Made by a program: the position numbers and the translations under genes. The notes beneath the pieces are model-generated. The model saw only the letters and a program-made list of their open reading frames with translations, made no database searches and had not been told where the DNA came from. From a virus, in the IMG/VR virus record IMGVR_UViG_3300020185_000025, positions 1 through 64,000 of that record: a stretch of DNA of 64,000 bases, one strand, 5' to 3'. Positions 8,750 through 17,522 of the stretch are shown here, one piece after another. Positions within the stretch are counted from its first letter, which is position 1. Every line of letters starts with the position of its first letter.

Positions 8750-9976
8750 TTATCCAAAGAATTCTTCCAAGTTTGGAGTTGTATCAGTTCCATTAGGATC
8801 GTATTCCATAAGTTGTTTCAAATTGTTCTGTCTTAAGTATGTTGTATTTGATAGTTCAAGATCGCCTGTTAGAAACTTACTAATTTCCAAATGCATATCT
8901 CTTGATGTTGGTACAGGACAATTCTGAGCAATATGATTCATCTTCTTTAATCCATCAAGCAACTCAAAATTTTCTGGGAATCCCATCATATGTAATGCTT
9001 CACGAATTGTTAATGAACGTTCTTCAGTAGGATGCATTGTGTCAACCATATTACGACCAATCACAGCATTCATATATTCACCAAAGACATGTACTGAACC
9101 ATCCCATACACCTTTGCCATCAGCAAACTTCATAATTGCATGGTCAGAATATTTAATACCTTTTTCGTTTCCTGTTTTGTGGAACCATTCGTTTGCTTCT
9201 TTCATCCAACCTTTCTTACAAACATAATTCAGAGTTGTCTTAACATTCTCTTCAATCATAAGTTCACGAACTTCACGATTTGTTTTTGTCTTAATAAAAT
9301 TGTAATAAGGTTCATCAGGAACATTCTTATTAATAATCAGATCTTGATGTAAAGCGTTTTCAGGAATCTCTTGAAGATATTCAGCAAAATCTTTTCTATC
9401 ACGATTATAATAATTCATAACTGGTGCAGATTCTGATTTCCAACCAATCGCAAATGATCTGTCTCTACCTTGTGGTACTCCATGAAATCTTGTAGAAGTT
9501 TTAAACAATGTTAATGAGTATCCTCTTTCTTTACAAATTTCGTAAAGTTTGTTTGCTACAGGACGTCCTTTGTTTGTAAACAGTGCAGGAGCATTCTCAA
9601 CAATGACTACCTTTGCTCCAAGAACATCAATACCATTTTCAAATACCATATACATAAAGTCGTTCTTTGCACAACCTGCTCCTTTTGATTCAGCGGTCGT
9701 TCCTGTATTCAGTTGAGATAACGCAGCACAAGGTGGAGTACCTGTGACTACATCAACTTGTTTAATATTAGGATTCTCTGAATCTAATAATACATAAGGA
9801 ATATCTTTTCTGCCTAAAGTATTTTGTTGATAGTTTACGTAATGACTATCATTAGCTTCAAATCCGCCAAAAGAGTAAATAGCTTCTGGTGGTTTACCAA
9901 ACGCCTTCTCTGCTCCTAAAGCTTGCCCACCAATAAGTGGAATAAGTGGTGCCCATGTTATTTCTTTTTTGTTCAT
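8750..9976 (-). CDS. C5-cytosine DNA methyltransferase homologue with atypical motif I
   Basis: GTPPC (IV), ENAP (VI), PQGRDR (VIII), TIREALHMMGFP (IX), QNCPVP (X); motif I reads LIPLIGG. Confidence 0.75.
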   Translation of the reverse strand: MNKKEITWAPLIPLIGGQALGAEKAFGKPPEAIYSFGGFEANDSHYVNYQQNTLGRKDIPYVLLDSENPNIKQVDVVTGTPPCAALSQLNTGTTAESKGAGCAKNDFMYMVFENGIDVLGAKVVIVENAPALFTNKGRPVANKLYEICKERGYSLTLFKTSTRFHGVPQGRDRSFAIGWKSESAPVMNYYNRDRKDFAEYLQEIPENALHQDLIINKNVPDEPYYNFIKTKTNREVRELMIEENVKTTLNYVCKKGWMKEANEWFHKTGNEKGIKYSDHAIMKFADGKGVWDGSVHVFGEYMNAVIGRNMVDTMHPTEERSLTIREALHMMGFPENFELLDGLKKMNHIAQNCPVPTSRDMHLEISKFLTGDLELSNTTYLRQNNLKQLMEYDPNGTDTTPNLEEFFG

Positions 9977-11232
9977 CCGAAAAAGTCCTCAAGTGTTGCA
10001 GCTACTTTCTTTTCAAATTGCGTTACATCAGGTGCAACATAATCAGTATCCATCGCTGTCATTATTTTATTGTTTAAGAAAGTACCATCATAATATTCTG
10101 GTTTACATATTAATTTACGTAAACCTTTAATTACAGATTCATACTCATCCTCATTATTTAATAACCTAATCATCCTTTCTTTAAATTCAGCAGGAGTCTT
10201 CGGTCTTAAAAAATCTGGTATTGGCAAATGCCCTTGTTCATCATAAGATGGATGTAAGAACGGTATCACACCAGCATGTACCATTTCAATATACTTTGAA
10301 GTTACCCAACCTTTTGCGATTGGAATAATAAAAGTAAACTTAACATTATTCATTTTAGCCATTACATCGTCAAGATGAATGGATCCTTTAAACCTTGCGT
10401 CGGTTTCAGTATTAGGATGTTCCCATTTACCGTAAATCTCAACGTTGTCAATATCATCAAGTACCCATTCTTTTAATAAGTTATATCTTGAAGGCTTTGC
10501 TTCATTCAATATAACCATAAATGGTAACCTGCGATTTAAATTAAATTGTTCTGAATGTTGATAGTTAATACAGAAGCAAGTTTCCATACCTGCATATGTT
10601 GAAGGTACCTTTCTTTCGTATCTGTTTTGATCTTCATAATCTTTAATACTACTTACTGTATATTCATAATCATATTGACCTAACGATACAGTTGGTAAAT
10701 GGAATATGTCTCTTGATTGATTCATAACATATCTTGGATCATTTACGATTTCAACATAAGGTGGTTGTTCTTCATTTAACCAAATAGAAATTGGTGAAGT
10801 ATAATTCTTTGTCATATCAATAACAGATGCAGGTTTACCATCAGTGACACCATCTTTTAAATGTTTCACCTGAGTAATTTTATCTGGGATCGTAACCGTA
10901 CCAACTTGACCAACCATCATAACAGTATAATCTAACTTGAATCCTTTCTGACCAAAGTAATTAAAGATATGACGATAGAAATTATCAGTACCATCATTCT
11001 TAATACCTTTCCAAATATCAATGACATTATTATATGGAAACAGCTCTAATTCTTCAGCCTCAGTTAGAGTACTGAAATCAGATCTTCCGATAATGTAAAA
11101 TGTTTTGTCTGGGTTATTATTTGCGAGTGCAATTAAAACTGTAGATGGTTCGTTGTCTCCACCAATAGGAGAGAAACGATTCCGTTTGAACTTGACCGAT
11201 TTACCGATCTTTCCGAAGCCAATGTTTTTCAT
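9973..11232 (-). CDS. putative DNA glycosyltransferase (GT-B, beta-glucosyltransferase-like)
   Basis: EIVNDPR, VEIYGKW, FKGSIH, WVTSKYIEMVHAGVIPF resembling the GT-B donor-binding C-domain; clamp-binding-like tail. Confidence 0.6.
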   Translation of the reverse strand: MKNIGFGKIGKSVKFKRNRFSPIGGDNEPSTVLIALANNNPDKTFYIIGRSDFSTLTEAEELELFPYNNVIDIWKGIKNDGTDNFYRHIFNYFGQKGFKLDYTVMMVGQVGTVTIPDKITQVKHLKDGVTDGKPASVIDMTKNYTSPISIWLNEEQPPYVEIVNDPRYVMNQSRDIFHLPTVSLGQYDYEYTVSSIKDYEDQNRYERKVPSTYAGMETCFCINYQHSEQFNLNRRLPFMVILNEAKPSRYNLLKEWVLDDIDNVEIYGKWEHPNTETDARFKGSIHLDDVMAKMNNVKFTFIIPIAKGWVTSKYIEMVHAGVIPFLHPSYDEQGHLPIPDFLRPKTPAEFKERMIRLLNNEDEYESVIKGLRKLICKPEYYDGTFLNNKIMTAMDTDYVAPDVTQFEKKVAATLEDFFG

Positions 11233-11259
11233 AATATAAAATAATTCCGTTCTGTAAAT

Positions 11260-11694
11260 TTATTTATTAGAATCGACCACACGCTTGCGAAGCTCTGTGG
11301 AACTGAAGGAATGCCTTCTTCGATTATAATGTACAGGACACAAACCTTTTCCTGTATGTTCTTGATCTTTGTATTCTTCACCAACAATACGAATGTCAGG
11401 ATTGATTGTAAGAATCATATCAACGATTTCTTGTTCTGTAGAAAACGGTATTACCTCGTCTACATATTTACAAGATGATACTTGTATGTATCTTTCAAAA
11501 GGAGTCTGAATCGGCTTGTTCTTTGCGTCAGGACGATCTACGGTTGGGTCTGTTAATAATCCAACAATTAAATAATCACACATCGACTTTGCTTCTTGTA
11601 GCATAACGATATGACCTGCATGAAATAAATCAAAAGTTGAACATGTAAAGCCAACCTTTGCGCCTTCCGGCAATAGTGTTCTATCAAGAAACAT
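11260..11694 (-). CDS. cytidylyltransferase (TagD/RfaE-like)
   Basis: TFDLFHAGH (HxGH), YLIVGL, SCKYVDEV, SFSSTELR. Confidence 0.88.
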   Translation of the reverse strand: MFLDRTLLPEGAKVGFTCSTFDLFHAGHIVMLQEAKSMCDYLIVGLLTDPTVDRPDAKNKPIQTPFERYIQVSSCKYVDEVIPFSTEQEIVDMILTINPDIRIVGEEYKDQEHTGKGLCPVHYNRRRHSFSSTELRKRVVDSNK

Positions 11695-12601
11695 ATCTAT
11701 TCTCCTCTTTTAATAATTCTTCAACAGCTTTTGCATACTGTGTATATAATGGTTCTTTATCAATTGGTAAGTAATGTATATATGCAGGAATCTTTTTAAG
11801 CTTCTTTACATCTTTCATTATTGTTGTCCATATACGAACATCACTACCAAATCTATCAGGTGCATAACCATTTTCATCAAGCCATTTATAATAGATGGCA
11901 TATATGTTTTGTTCTATGCACCAATACTTGCCACCCATACTTCTGTTGTTCTTTGCCGTACCATAAGCTGGTATGACTGAACCACCATAACCTTTTTTAT
12001 TCTTATACTTATATACACCATCCATGATAAGTATATATGTATCTTTACAAACTGCTCTTTGTAAGAACTCAAGATAATGTTCATTCTTACTATGTATTAC
12101 CTGTCCTGAGTTCATACTGAAATAAGGTTCTTTTCTCATGACTGATATATCAACTAAATCTTTATATAATGGAGATAAAGCTGACTCAACAAATTTACCC
12201 ATAACACCTAATGCAGATTCATTATAGAATACATACTCACTAAAGAAATAATGATCGAGCGGTTTAAGTAATAATACATCGTCGTCCATCATCATTGCTC
12301 TTTGGATATTAAGTACTTCATGTACATACGGAAAGACCAACCATTTAATTGCGACTCCGTATGAATCGAGAATCTTTAACAAATACTCTTCATCAAAGAA
12401 ATGCTTTGTTTTCTCAATCACATCAGTAGCATAATGTATATCAACTGAGTTTTCTATTGAATCTATATTATAAGTCGTTTTCCTATTATCTAGGATAACA
12501 TGTAAGCGTTGACATGTATCTTCTCCGTACACATTATAATACTTAAGAAGATTTTCAATTCTTTCAACTTTATTGCTTACTATGAATATGTCATTGTGCA
12601 T
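11684..12601 (-). CDS. putative GT-A glycosyltransferase
   Basis: MMMDDDVLLLKPLD (DxD), MNSGQV, EQ and late His as in GT8-like enzymes. Confidence 0.5.
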   Translation of the reverse strand: MHNDIFIVSNKVERIENLLKYYNVYGEDTCQRLHVILDNRKTTYNIDSIENSVDIHYATDVIEKTKHFFDEEYLLKILDSYGVAIKWLVFPYVHEVLNIQRAMMMDDDVLLLKPLDHYFFSEYVFYNESALGVMGKFVESALSPLYKDLVDISVMRKEPYFSMNSGQVIHSKNEHYLEFLQRAVCKDTYILIMDGVYKYKNKKGYGGSVIPAYGTAKNNRSMGGKYWCIEQNIYAIYYKWLDENGYAPDRFGSDVRIWTTIMKDVKKLKKIPAYIHYLPIDKEPLYTQYAKAVEELLKEENRYVS

Positions 12602-13631
12602 AATTAATCATGTCCAGTAAATCGTTTACGCATTGAAGAATAAAGTCTTTATCAGGATGATACTTGTAAACTCTAATTACTTCAGCTGCGACTAAGGTAA
12701 GTAAATCGTATTTGTCTATCCAATGATTATATGCCAACAGTGTATTAATAGCCAGATCTTGTTCGGCCGTACTGTAATGATTAATCATCAGACTTGCTAT
12801 GAATTTTGCTATGTCAAGTTCACGACAGCCAAATACATTAGGAATAGGATCAATTAAGAACAATTTGTCTTCATTAAACAACATGTTCTTAACACCAAAA
12901 TCTCCATGACAATAACCGTATTCCAATTCGATTGTTGCCATCTTTTCAATTACTTCTTTAAATGGTTCAAGTTCTGCTAATTGAGCATGACTTGCTATTC
13001 TTGCGATATAATCATCAAAGGTTAGAAACTTATTTTGTTTAATAGTATCCAATCCATCAAGAGATTCTTGAATCATTGCCAAAGCTTTATAAGGATGATC
13101 TGAAAAATAGTTTGGATCGTTTTTAATATAATCCATTGTAAGTGTATCACCTACAACTCTGTGAATCGTTGGAGTATTAACAACAGAACCGGTTTCTTCA
13201 AACCACTTTGCGGCTTCATGAGCGTTTCTTGCCGTCTTATGTACTACATTGCCATCAGTATAGATATCAGAACCTGAGAGACCACCTTCTAGTTCTCTTA
13301 TATCAGTTTCTATAAAATCTTCAGGAGTAATACCTTTATCATCAACATAATATGCTGCAAGTGGTTTATCAAAAGACAGAGCATGATATTTTACATGATG
13401 TCTTTCTAACCAAGCTTCAATTTGTGGACCATACTTATTTGCTGCTTCGACTCTACTCCTACAAGAAATAGAACCACGAGCAGTAAAGATATCAACGATC
13501 CAACCAGAATCGTATAACTTATTACACTTTTCTATAAGGGCAAGATTTGGCTTTGCATTTTCCCAATCTCTGTTGGAGGTATATGCAAGCGTATCGTCAA
13601 AGTCGAGTACAATTCTTTTATGCATCGACAT
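12591..13631 (-). CDS. HAD phosphatase fused to APH/choline-kinase-like phosphotransferase
   Basis: N-term LDFDDTL, FTARG, KP..YYVDDK; C-term GGLSGS, HGDFGVKN, LIDP. Confidence 0.8.
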   Translation of the reverse strand: MSMHKRIVLDFDDTLAYTSNRDWENAKPNLALIEKCNKLYDSGWIVDIFTARGSISCRSRVEAANKYGPQIEAWLERHHVKYHALSFDKPLAAYYVDDKGITPEDFIETDIRELEGGLSGSDIYTDGNVVHKTARNAHEAAKWFEETGSVVNTPTIHRVVGDTLTMDYIKNDPNYFSDHPYKALAMIQESLDGLDTIKQNKFLTFDDYIARIASHAQLAELEPFKEVIEKMATIELEYGYCHGDFGVKNMLFNEDKLFLIDPIPNVFGCRELDIAKFIASLMINHYSTAEQDLAINTLLAYNHWIDKYDLLTLVAAEVIRVYKYHPDKDFILQCVNDLLDMINYAQ

Positions 13632-13632
13632 C

Positions 13633-13833
13633 TTAATCTCTCTTTAGAATAGATCTTGTTAATCCACCAAAGAGGTACATGAAGTAAACAAAGAAAGGCA
13701 CTGCGATAGCAAGTCTAATTGTATCGTTGGCCAAGCCAATTAATTCCATACCTGAAATAAGGACAAACATAATACCGATGATTCCACCAGTAACGCCAAT
13801 TCCATAACCTAGATCTTTTAATTTTTCGTTCAT
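13633..13833 (-). CDS. small membrane protein
   Basis: Two hydrophobic segments. Confidence 0.6.
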   Translation of the reverse strand: MNEKLKDLGYGIGVTGGIIGIMFVLISGMELIGLANDTIRLAIAVPFFVYFMYLFGGLTRSILKRD

Positions 13834-13857
13834 AATATATCCTTTTAAATAATAGCT

Positions 13858-13886
13858 ATTATATCAAACTTTTGGGTCATTGTCAA
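13858..13886 (-). promoter_or_regulatory. sigma70 promoter heading the 13833-8750 operon
   Basis: TTGACA-N17-TATAAT. Confidence 0.85.
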
Positions 13887-14332
13887 TGGTTTGTTCCATT
13901 TAAAAAGTGAACATCAACATTTGCTTCATCAAACATCCTTCTTGATTTTTCAAATGAATCTAACCACTTCTGTGGTATATCATCCATTGACATTACGATT
14001 TTATTTATGCCAACTTGAATAATTCCTTTTGCACAATCATGGCAAACTGGTAATCCAAAGACATATAGAGTTGCATCTTTTAACGAAATACCATTGAAGG
14101 TAGCATTATATATGCAATTCATTTCAGCATGAACAACCAAATCATATTTGATTGATCTGTCTTCATAACGTTCAGGTATATCTTCAATTCCTTTCGGAAA
14201 TCCATTATACCCAGTTGCTAGGATACGACGGTCAGAGTTAACTGCCACCGCACCTATTTGTTTTGAAGGATCCTTACTCCAAGTAGAGATCTCTCGGGCA
14301 ACACGCATAAAGCGGTAATCCCATTTATCCAT
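13883..14332 (-). CDS. cd: dCMP deaminase
   Basis: SKDPSKQIGA, TGYNG, HAEMN, PVCHDC. Confidence 0.92.
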   Translation of the reverse strand: MDKWDYRFMRVAREISTWSKDPSKQIGAVAVNSDRRILATGYNGFPKGIEDIPERYEDRSIKYDLVVHAEMNCIYNATFNGISLKDATLYVFGLPVCHDCAKGIIQVGINKIVMSMDDIPQKWLDSFEKSRRMFDEANVDVHFLNGTNH

Positions 14333-14990
14333 TCTGCATTAACTCCTCAATAAACTCAAAATGTCTTTCGTATACATGGAAGTTAGATGCTGTCCAAATT
14401 AACTGACCAACCTCAACTCCAAGCTCAGTTGCTAATTGTTGCTGAACAAACCTTGCCCAGGCATAATCATTGTTATAACCAAAGACCGCATCGTTAGAAC
14501 GCATAAGATAATGTGATTCTAATTGACCATCTCGAATATAAAATGTATTAGCATAAGTACACATAAAGTCACTCATACCATCACGGTTATAATCAAGGTG
14601 CATACCAGGACGATTATAAATCATCGTAGCACGACGGCTGTTTGGATTATTTCTCAACTCTCGAAGTACATGGCTATATTGATTTCCATTCTCTTCTGAG
14701 TAAATACACCAACCATAATTAGAATTAATCTTACCTTCGTTAGAAGAGATTGATTTCCATATCTGTGGTGTTTCTCCAGGAATATCATCAACATATAATG
14801 ATTGAGACTTATACCATTCCAATTCACGTTCAATGTACTTATATGCTGGTTTACGAATTACATAATCTTCATCAGCATTAAAAGTTGCACCAATAATCTC
14901 GATGGTCTTTACACCAGTTTTATCAATAACAAAATCTTCTGCAAGATACTTGTCCATGATATAAGCTCGAATATCAGTTACGTTGTTCAT
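14325..14990 (-). CDS. gp42: dCMP hydroxymethylase (thymidylate-synthase fold, gp42-like)
   Basis: INSNYG, DFMCT, MRSNDAVFGYNNDYAW with Asp at the dCMP-specificity position. Confidence 0.82.
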   Translation of the reverse strand: MNNVTDIRAYIMDKYLAEDFVIDKTGVKTIEIIGATFNADEDYVIRKPAYKYIERELEWYKSQSLYVDDIPGETPQIWKSISSNEGKINSNYGWCIYSEENGNQYSHVLRELRNNPNSRRATMIYNRPGMHLDYNRDGMSDFMCTYANTFYIRDGQLESHYLMRSNDAVFGYNNDYAWARFVQQQLATELGVEVGQLIWTASNFHVYERHFEFIEELMQNG

Positions 14991-15244
14991 TAGATGGTTT
15001 CCATTAATGCTTCAATATCAGATACTTCAGCAACGAGATCTGAAACGTTTTGATTGTGGAAGGCTCTTGCGGTTTTGCGGAGAATTGATTTTGGGATCTG
15101 AACTTCTTCAGCCAAAGCATTGATTGCTTCTTTTTGAAAATCACGTTCTGATTCCATTCTTGTAAAAGAATTACTCATTTCTTCCATGCAACCACGGATG
15201 CGTTTTTTGTCTTCGTCGCTCGAAGGTAGTATCACATTACTCAT
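14990..15244 (-). CDS. small dsDNA-binding protein (DsbA/GapR-like)
   Basis: Helical E..RD..KEAI..LAEE..IPKSILRK pattern. Confidence 0.55.
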   Translation of the reverse strand: MSNVILPSSDEDKKRIRGCMEEMSNSFTRMESERDFQKEAINALAEEVQIPKSILRKTARAFHNQNVSDLVAEVSDIEALMETI

Positions 15245-15588
15245 TATTTAGTACTCCTGTTAAATACATCTTTAGTTGAATCCTGACCTTTAATACCTTT
15301 ACGACAGTAAGAGACAAAGAAACTTGAATAGTTAATTAAATCTTTTGCTGAATCTTCAAGGGATTCAAAGTTAGGATCATAATCATCCGACTGCATTGCT
15401 TCCATTACAGATTTCATACGTAGCATTTTTGCATGCATGATATCATGAATGGTCGTAATTCCGTTAGGATAGTAGTCGGCTTGTTGAACTGTCGAGTTTG
15501 GATTTTGATAATCTCTCGACTTTTTCAATTGAAGGTCAACGCACTCTTGCAGTACATCAACCGAAACTGGGTTAACCTGTTTGGTCAT
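15244..15588 (-). CDS. nucleotide-modification-associated domain 1 protein (DUF1599-like, MazG-related)
   Basis: LKKSRDY...KMLR...ESLEDSAKDLINY. Confidence 0.7.
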   Translation of the reverse strand: MTKQVNPVSVDVLQECVDLQLKKSRDYQNPNSTVQQADYYPNGITTIHDIMHAKMLRMKSVMEAMQSDDYDPNFESLEDSAKDLINYSSFFVSYCRKGIKGQDSTKDVFNRSTK

Positions 15589-15612
15589 AGTTTACTCCAT
15601 AATAAAAAATAT

Positions 15613-15641
15613 ATTATATCAAAGATCTCTGATAATGTCAA
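15613..15641 (-). promoter_or_regulatory. sigma70 promoter
   Basis: TTGACA-N17-TATAAT. Confidence 0.85.
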
Positions 15642-16107
15642 TAGGAACTTCGTATTTTAAGAAAAGATTTGTCATCTCTGGTGAAAGCTTGTCTGATTCG
15701 TTGTAGGTAAATGACCACGTAACATAATCAGATTTAGCACTCCTGTTATCAAAGTAATCAAAGAATACATCGTGTGGTATAACTGAAACTCTATAATCGG
15801 AATCTTGTACACCTGACGCATCTACCAAAGCAACCCAGTCACAGTGTCCTTTTTTCTCTCTAAGACTCCATGCACCTAATTTGCCATTGGTTGGTTTGTT
15901 TGCTGTTTTGACTTCAATTCGACCAGGATATCTTGTTTTACCAAGAACATCGAATTTACCGTTAACTGATTCGCCTTCGGTAAGGTTGACGACCTTAGAT
16001 TCACCCATCGTTCCAATCAGTGATTTGTAGAGGTCGTCAACTCCACTTAATTGTCCTTTTTGATGTTTATATAAAGCCCTTTCAAGTAATACCGTCAAGT
16101 GGTCCAT
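15619..16107 (-). CDS. putative PD-(D/E)XK endonuclease
   Basis: GE...FDV...IEVKT motif order. Confidence 0.6.
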   Translation of the reverse strand: MDHLTVLLERALYKHQKGQLSGVDDLYKSLIGTMGESKVVNLTEGESVNGKFDVLGKTRYPGRIEVKTANKPTNGKLGAWSLREKKGHCDWVALVDASGVQDSDYRVSVIPHDVFFDYFDNRSAKSDYVTWSFTYNESDKLSPEMTNLFLKYEVPIDIIRDL

Positions 16108-16136
16108 AATGTATCCATTAATTTAATTTATAAACA

Positions 16137-16165
16137 ATTATAATCTATATCATAAAGAATGTCAA
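16137..16165 (-). promoter_or_regulatory. sigma70 promoter (endonuclease)
   Basis: TTGACA-N17-TATAAT. Confidence 0.85.
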
Positions 16166-16182
16166 TGGTTTATTTCATTTAT

Positions 16183-16269
16183 TTAGAGAACTTTTCTCCA
16201 AACGTTCTGAATTCTACCTCTTTTCATGAATTTGTGAAAAGTTTTGTATTGTTGTTTAATGTATTGCAT
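16183..16269 (-). CDS. 28-aa basic peptide (not in ORF track)
   Basis: MQYIKQQYKTFHKFMKRGRIQNVWRKVL*; AAGGG SD-like; fills the intergenic gap. Confidence 0.45.
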   Translation of the reverse strand: MQYIKQQYKTFHKFMKRGRIQNVWRKVL

Positions 16270-16351
16270 AGTTTTCCCTTCTGTTTCCTAAATGTTGCAC
16301 GAATGTAACATATAAAATTATATATAAGGAAAACCTAACAGTATCAATAAT

Positions 16352-16579
16352 TTATACGACTTTTGGTGGAACAGGTACTACAAACGTTCTTACTGTTGCT
16401 AATTTGTCTTCAGCTTCAGCAAGTTTTGATACTTCAGCATCAAGAGTCTCAACAGTACCAGGATGTTCTGCTACTCCAACTCCACTTTCTAAAAATACCG
16501 CGATGTTTGCTGTATGCTCCGCAATTTGCGCTTCATACTTTGAAATCAAGGCATTTACTAATATTTCTCTAAGTGCCAT
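16352..16579 (-). CDS. conserved phage hypothetical protein
   Basis: GVGVAEHP motif; SD AGGAG. Confidence 0.7.
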   Translation of the reverse strand: MALREILVNALISKYEAQIAEHTANIAVFLESGVGVAEHPGTVETLDAEVSKLAEAEDKLATVRTFVVPVPPKVV

Positions 16580-16580
16580 T

Positions 16581-16994
16581 TTATTCTCCTTTTAAGTTTG
16601 GTAGGATACCGTGATTGCCTTCATGAGATGGAGCCGTCCATCCTTCAGGTTTCATCAGATCAGGTAATCCTAGTGGGTTTGGCCTTCCTTCCTTTACTCC
16701 AGGTTCCTTGGCCATGTTTGCTTCGAGAACTGCGTCCCAAGCTTTATAAGGATCGACTCCGAAGGCATCAAGAGTACCGATTGCCACTACACAAAGGTCA
16801 ACTAAACCATCTACGATTTCTTCGGAGTCGATAACTTTTTGGGCTGTTCTTGTTTCGGTTAACTCTTCTTCTAAAAAGTCAACTCGAAAACGCAAGAACG
16901 CCTTCAACTGATTTATATCTGCGTTTTCAATCCAGTCATGTGTTTTATACTTTGACTGCATTTCATTAATGTCTTTAACCCAATCTTTACTCAT
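16581..16994 (-). CDS. MazG-like NTP pyrophosphatase (candidate dCTPase)
   Basis: LEEELTE, EIVDGLVDL, ANMAK, KPEGW; start at MSKDWV. Confidence 0.8.
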   Translation of the reverse strand: MSKDWVKDINEMQSKYKTHDWIENADINQLKAFLRFRVDFLEEELTETRTAQKVIDSEEIVDGLVDLCVVAIGTLDAFGVDPYKAWDAVLEANMAKEPGVKEGRPNPLGLPDLMKPEGWTAPSHEGNHGILPNLKGE

Positions 16995-17298
16995 TTGGAT
17001 ATCCTTGTGAAATATAAACGCCAATCATACCAATTTGGCCTTCTGTTAATTTTTGGGCAGTTGGATACATCATTACTGATTGTGGTCCAACCGGTTCACC
17101 TGCTTTGTATTTTAATAACTTACCAATAATATCATCAGCAGATTGTCCTTGAAGTTTAGGACCGATTCCACCTTGACCTTGTGAACCATGACAGGCAGCA
17201 CAAGTAACCATTGTTGGTCTGATATCAGCGAAACGATCTTCAGCCAATGCGACTGATGTCATTCCTAATAGAGCAGTTGTTAATAAAACGTTCTTCAT
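16987..17298 (-). CDS. c-type cytochrome (c553/c4-like)
   Basis: Signal peptide, CAACHG, GPKLQGQ, distal MM. Confidence 0.88.
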   Translation of the reverse strand: MKNVLLTTALLGMTSVALAEDRFADIRPTMVTCAACHGSQGQGGIGPKLQGQSADDIIGKLLKYKAGEPVGPQSVMMYPTAQKLTEGQIGMIGVYISQGYPNE

Positions 17299-17522
17299 AA
17301 TAATTCCCTTAATTGGTCAAAACCACCGATCTTTTCTTCGTCTTTAATAATCTGAGGAAAGGTTCTTGCGGTTGGAAAGATTTCAAAAAATTCGTCTTGA
17401 GAATAATCAAGACCTAAATGTAGGTACATATAATCAGTACCTTCTGCGAATCCTTTAGATTCACAAAGCTGTTTTGCCATTTTACAATAAGCGCAATTAT
17501 CTTTACCGTAGATCTTAATCAT
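17295..17522 (-). CDS. glutaredoxin
   Basis: CAYC, TFPQI, IGGFDQL. Confidence 0.9.
   Translation of the reverse strand: MIKIYGKDNCAYCKMAKQLCESKGFAEGTDYMYLHLGLDYSQDEFFEIFPTARTFPQIIKDEEKIGGFDQLRELL

Noticed and set aside
8750-9976. Ordinary restriction-modification system
   Set aside because: No adjacent cognate endonuclease, atypical motif I, and it sits in a base-modification operon
14325-14990. Thymidylate synthase (thyA/td)
   Set aside because: Short length, DFMCT and Asp in place of the dUMP-specifying Asn point to a gp42-type dCMP-modifying enzyme
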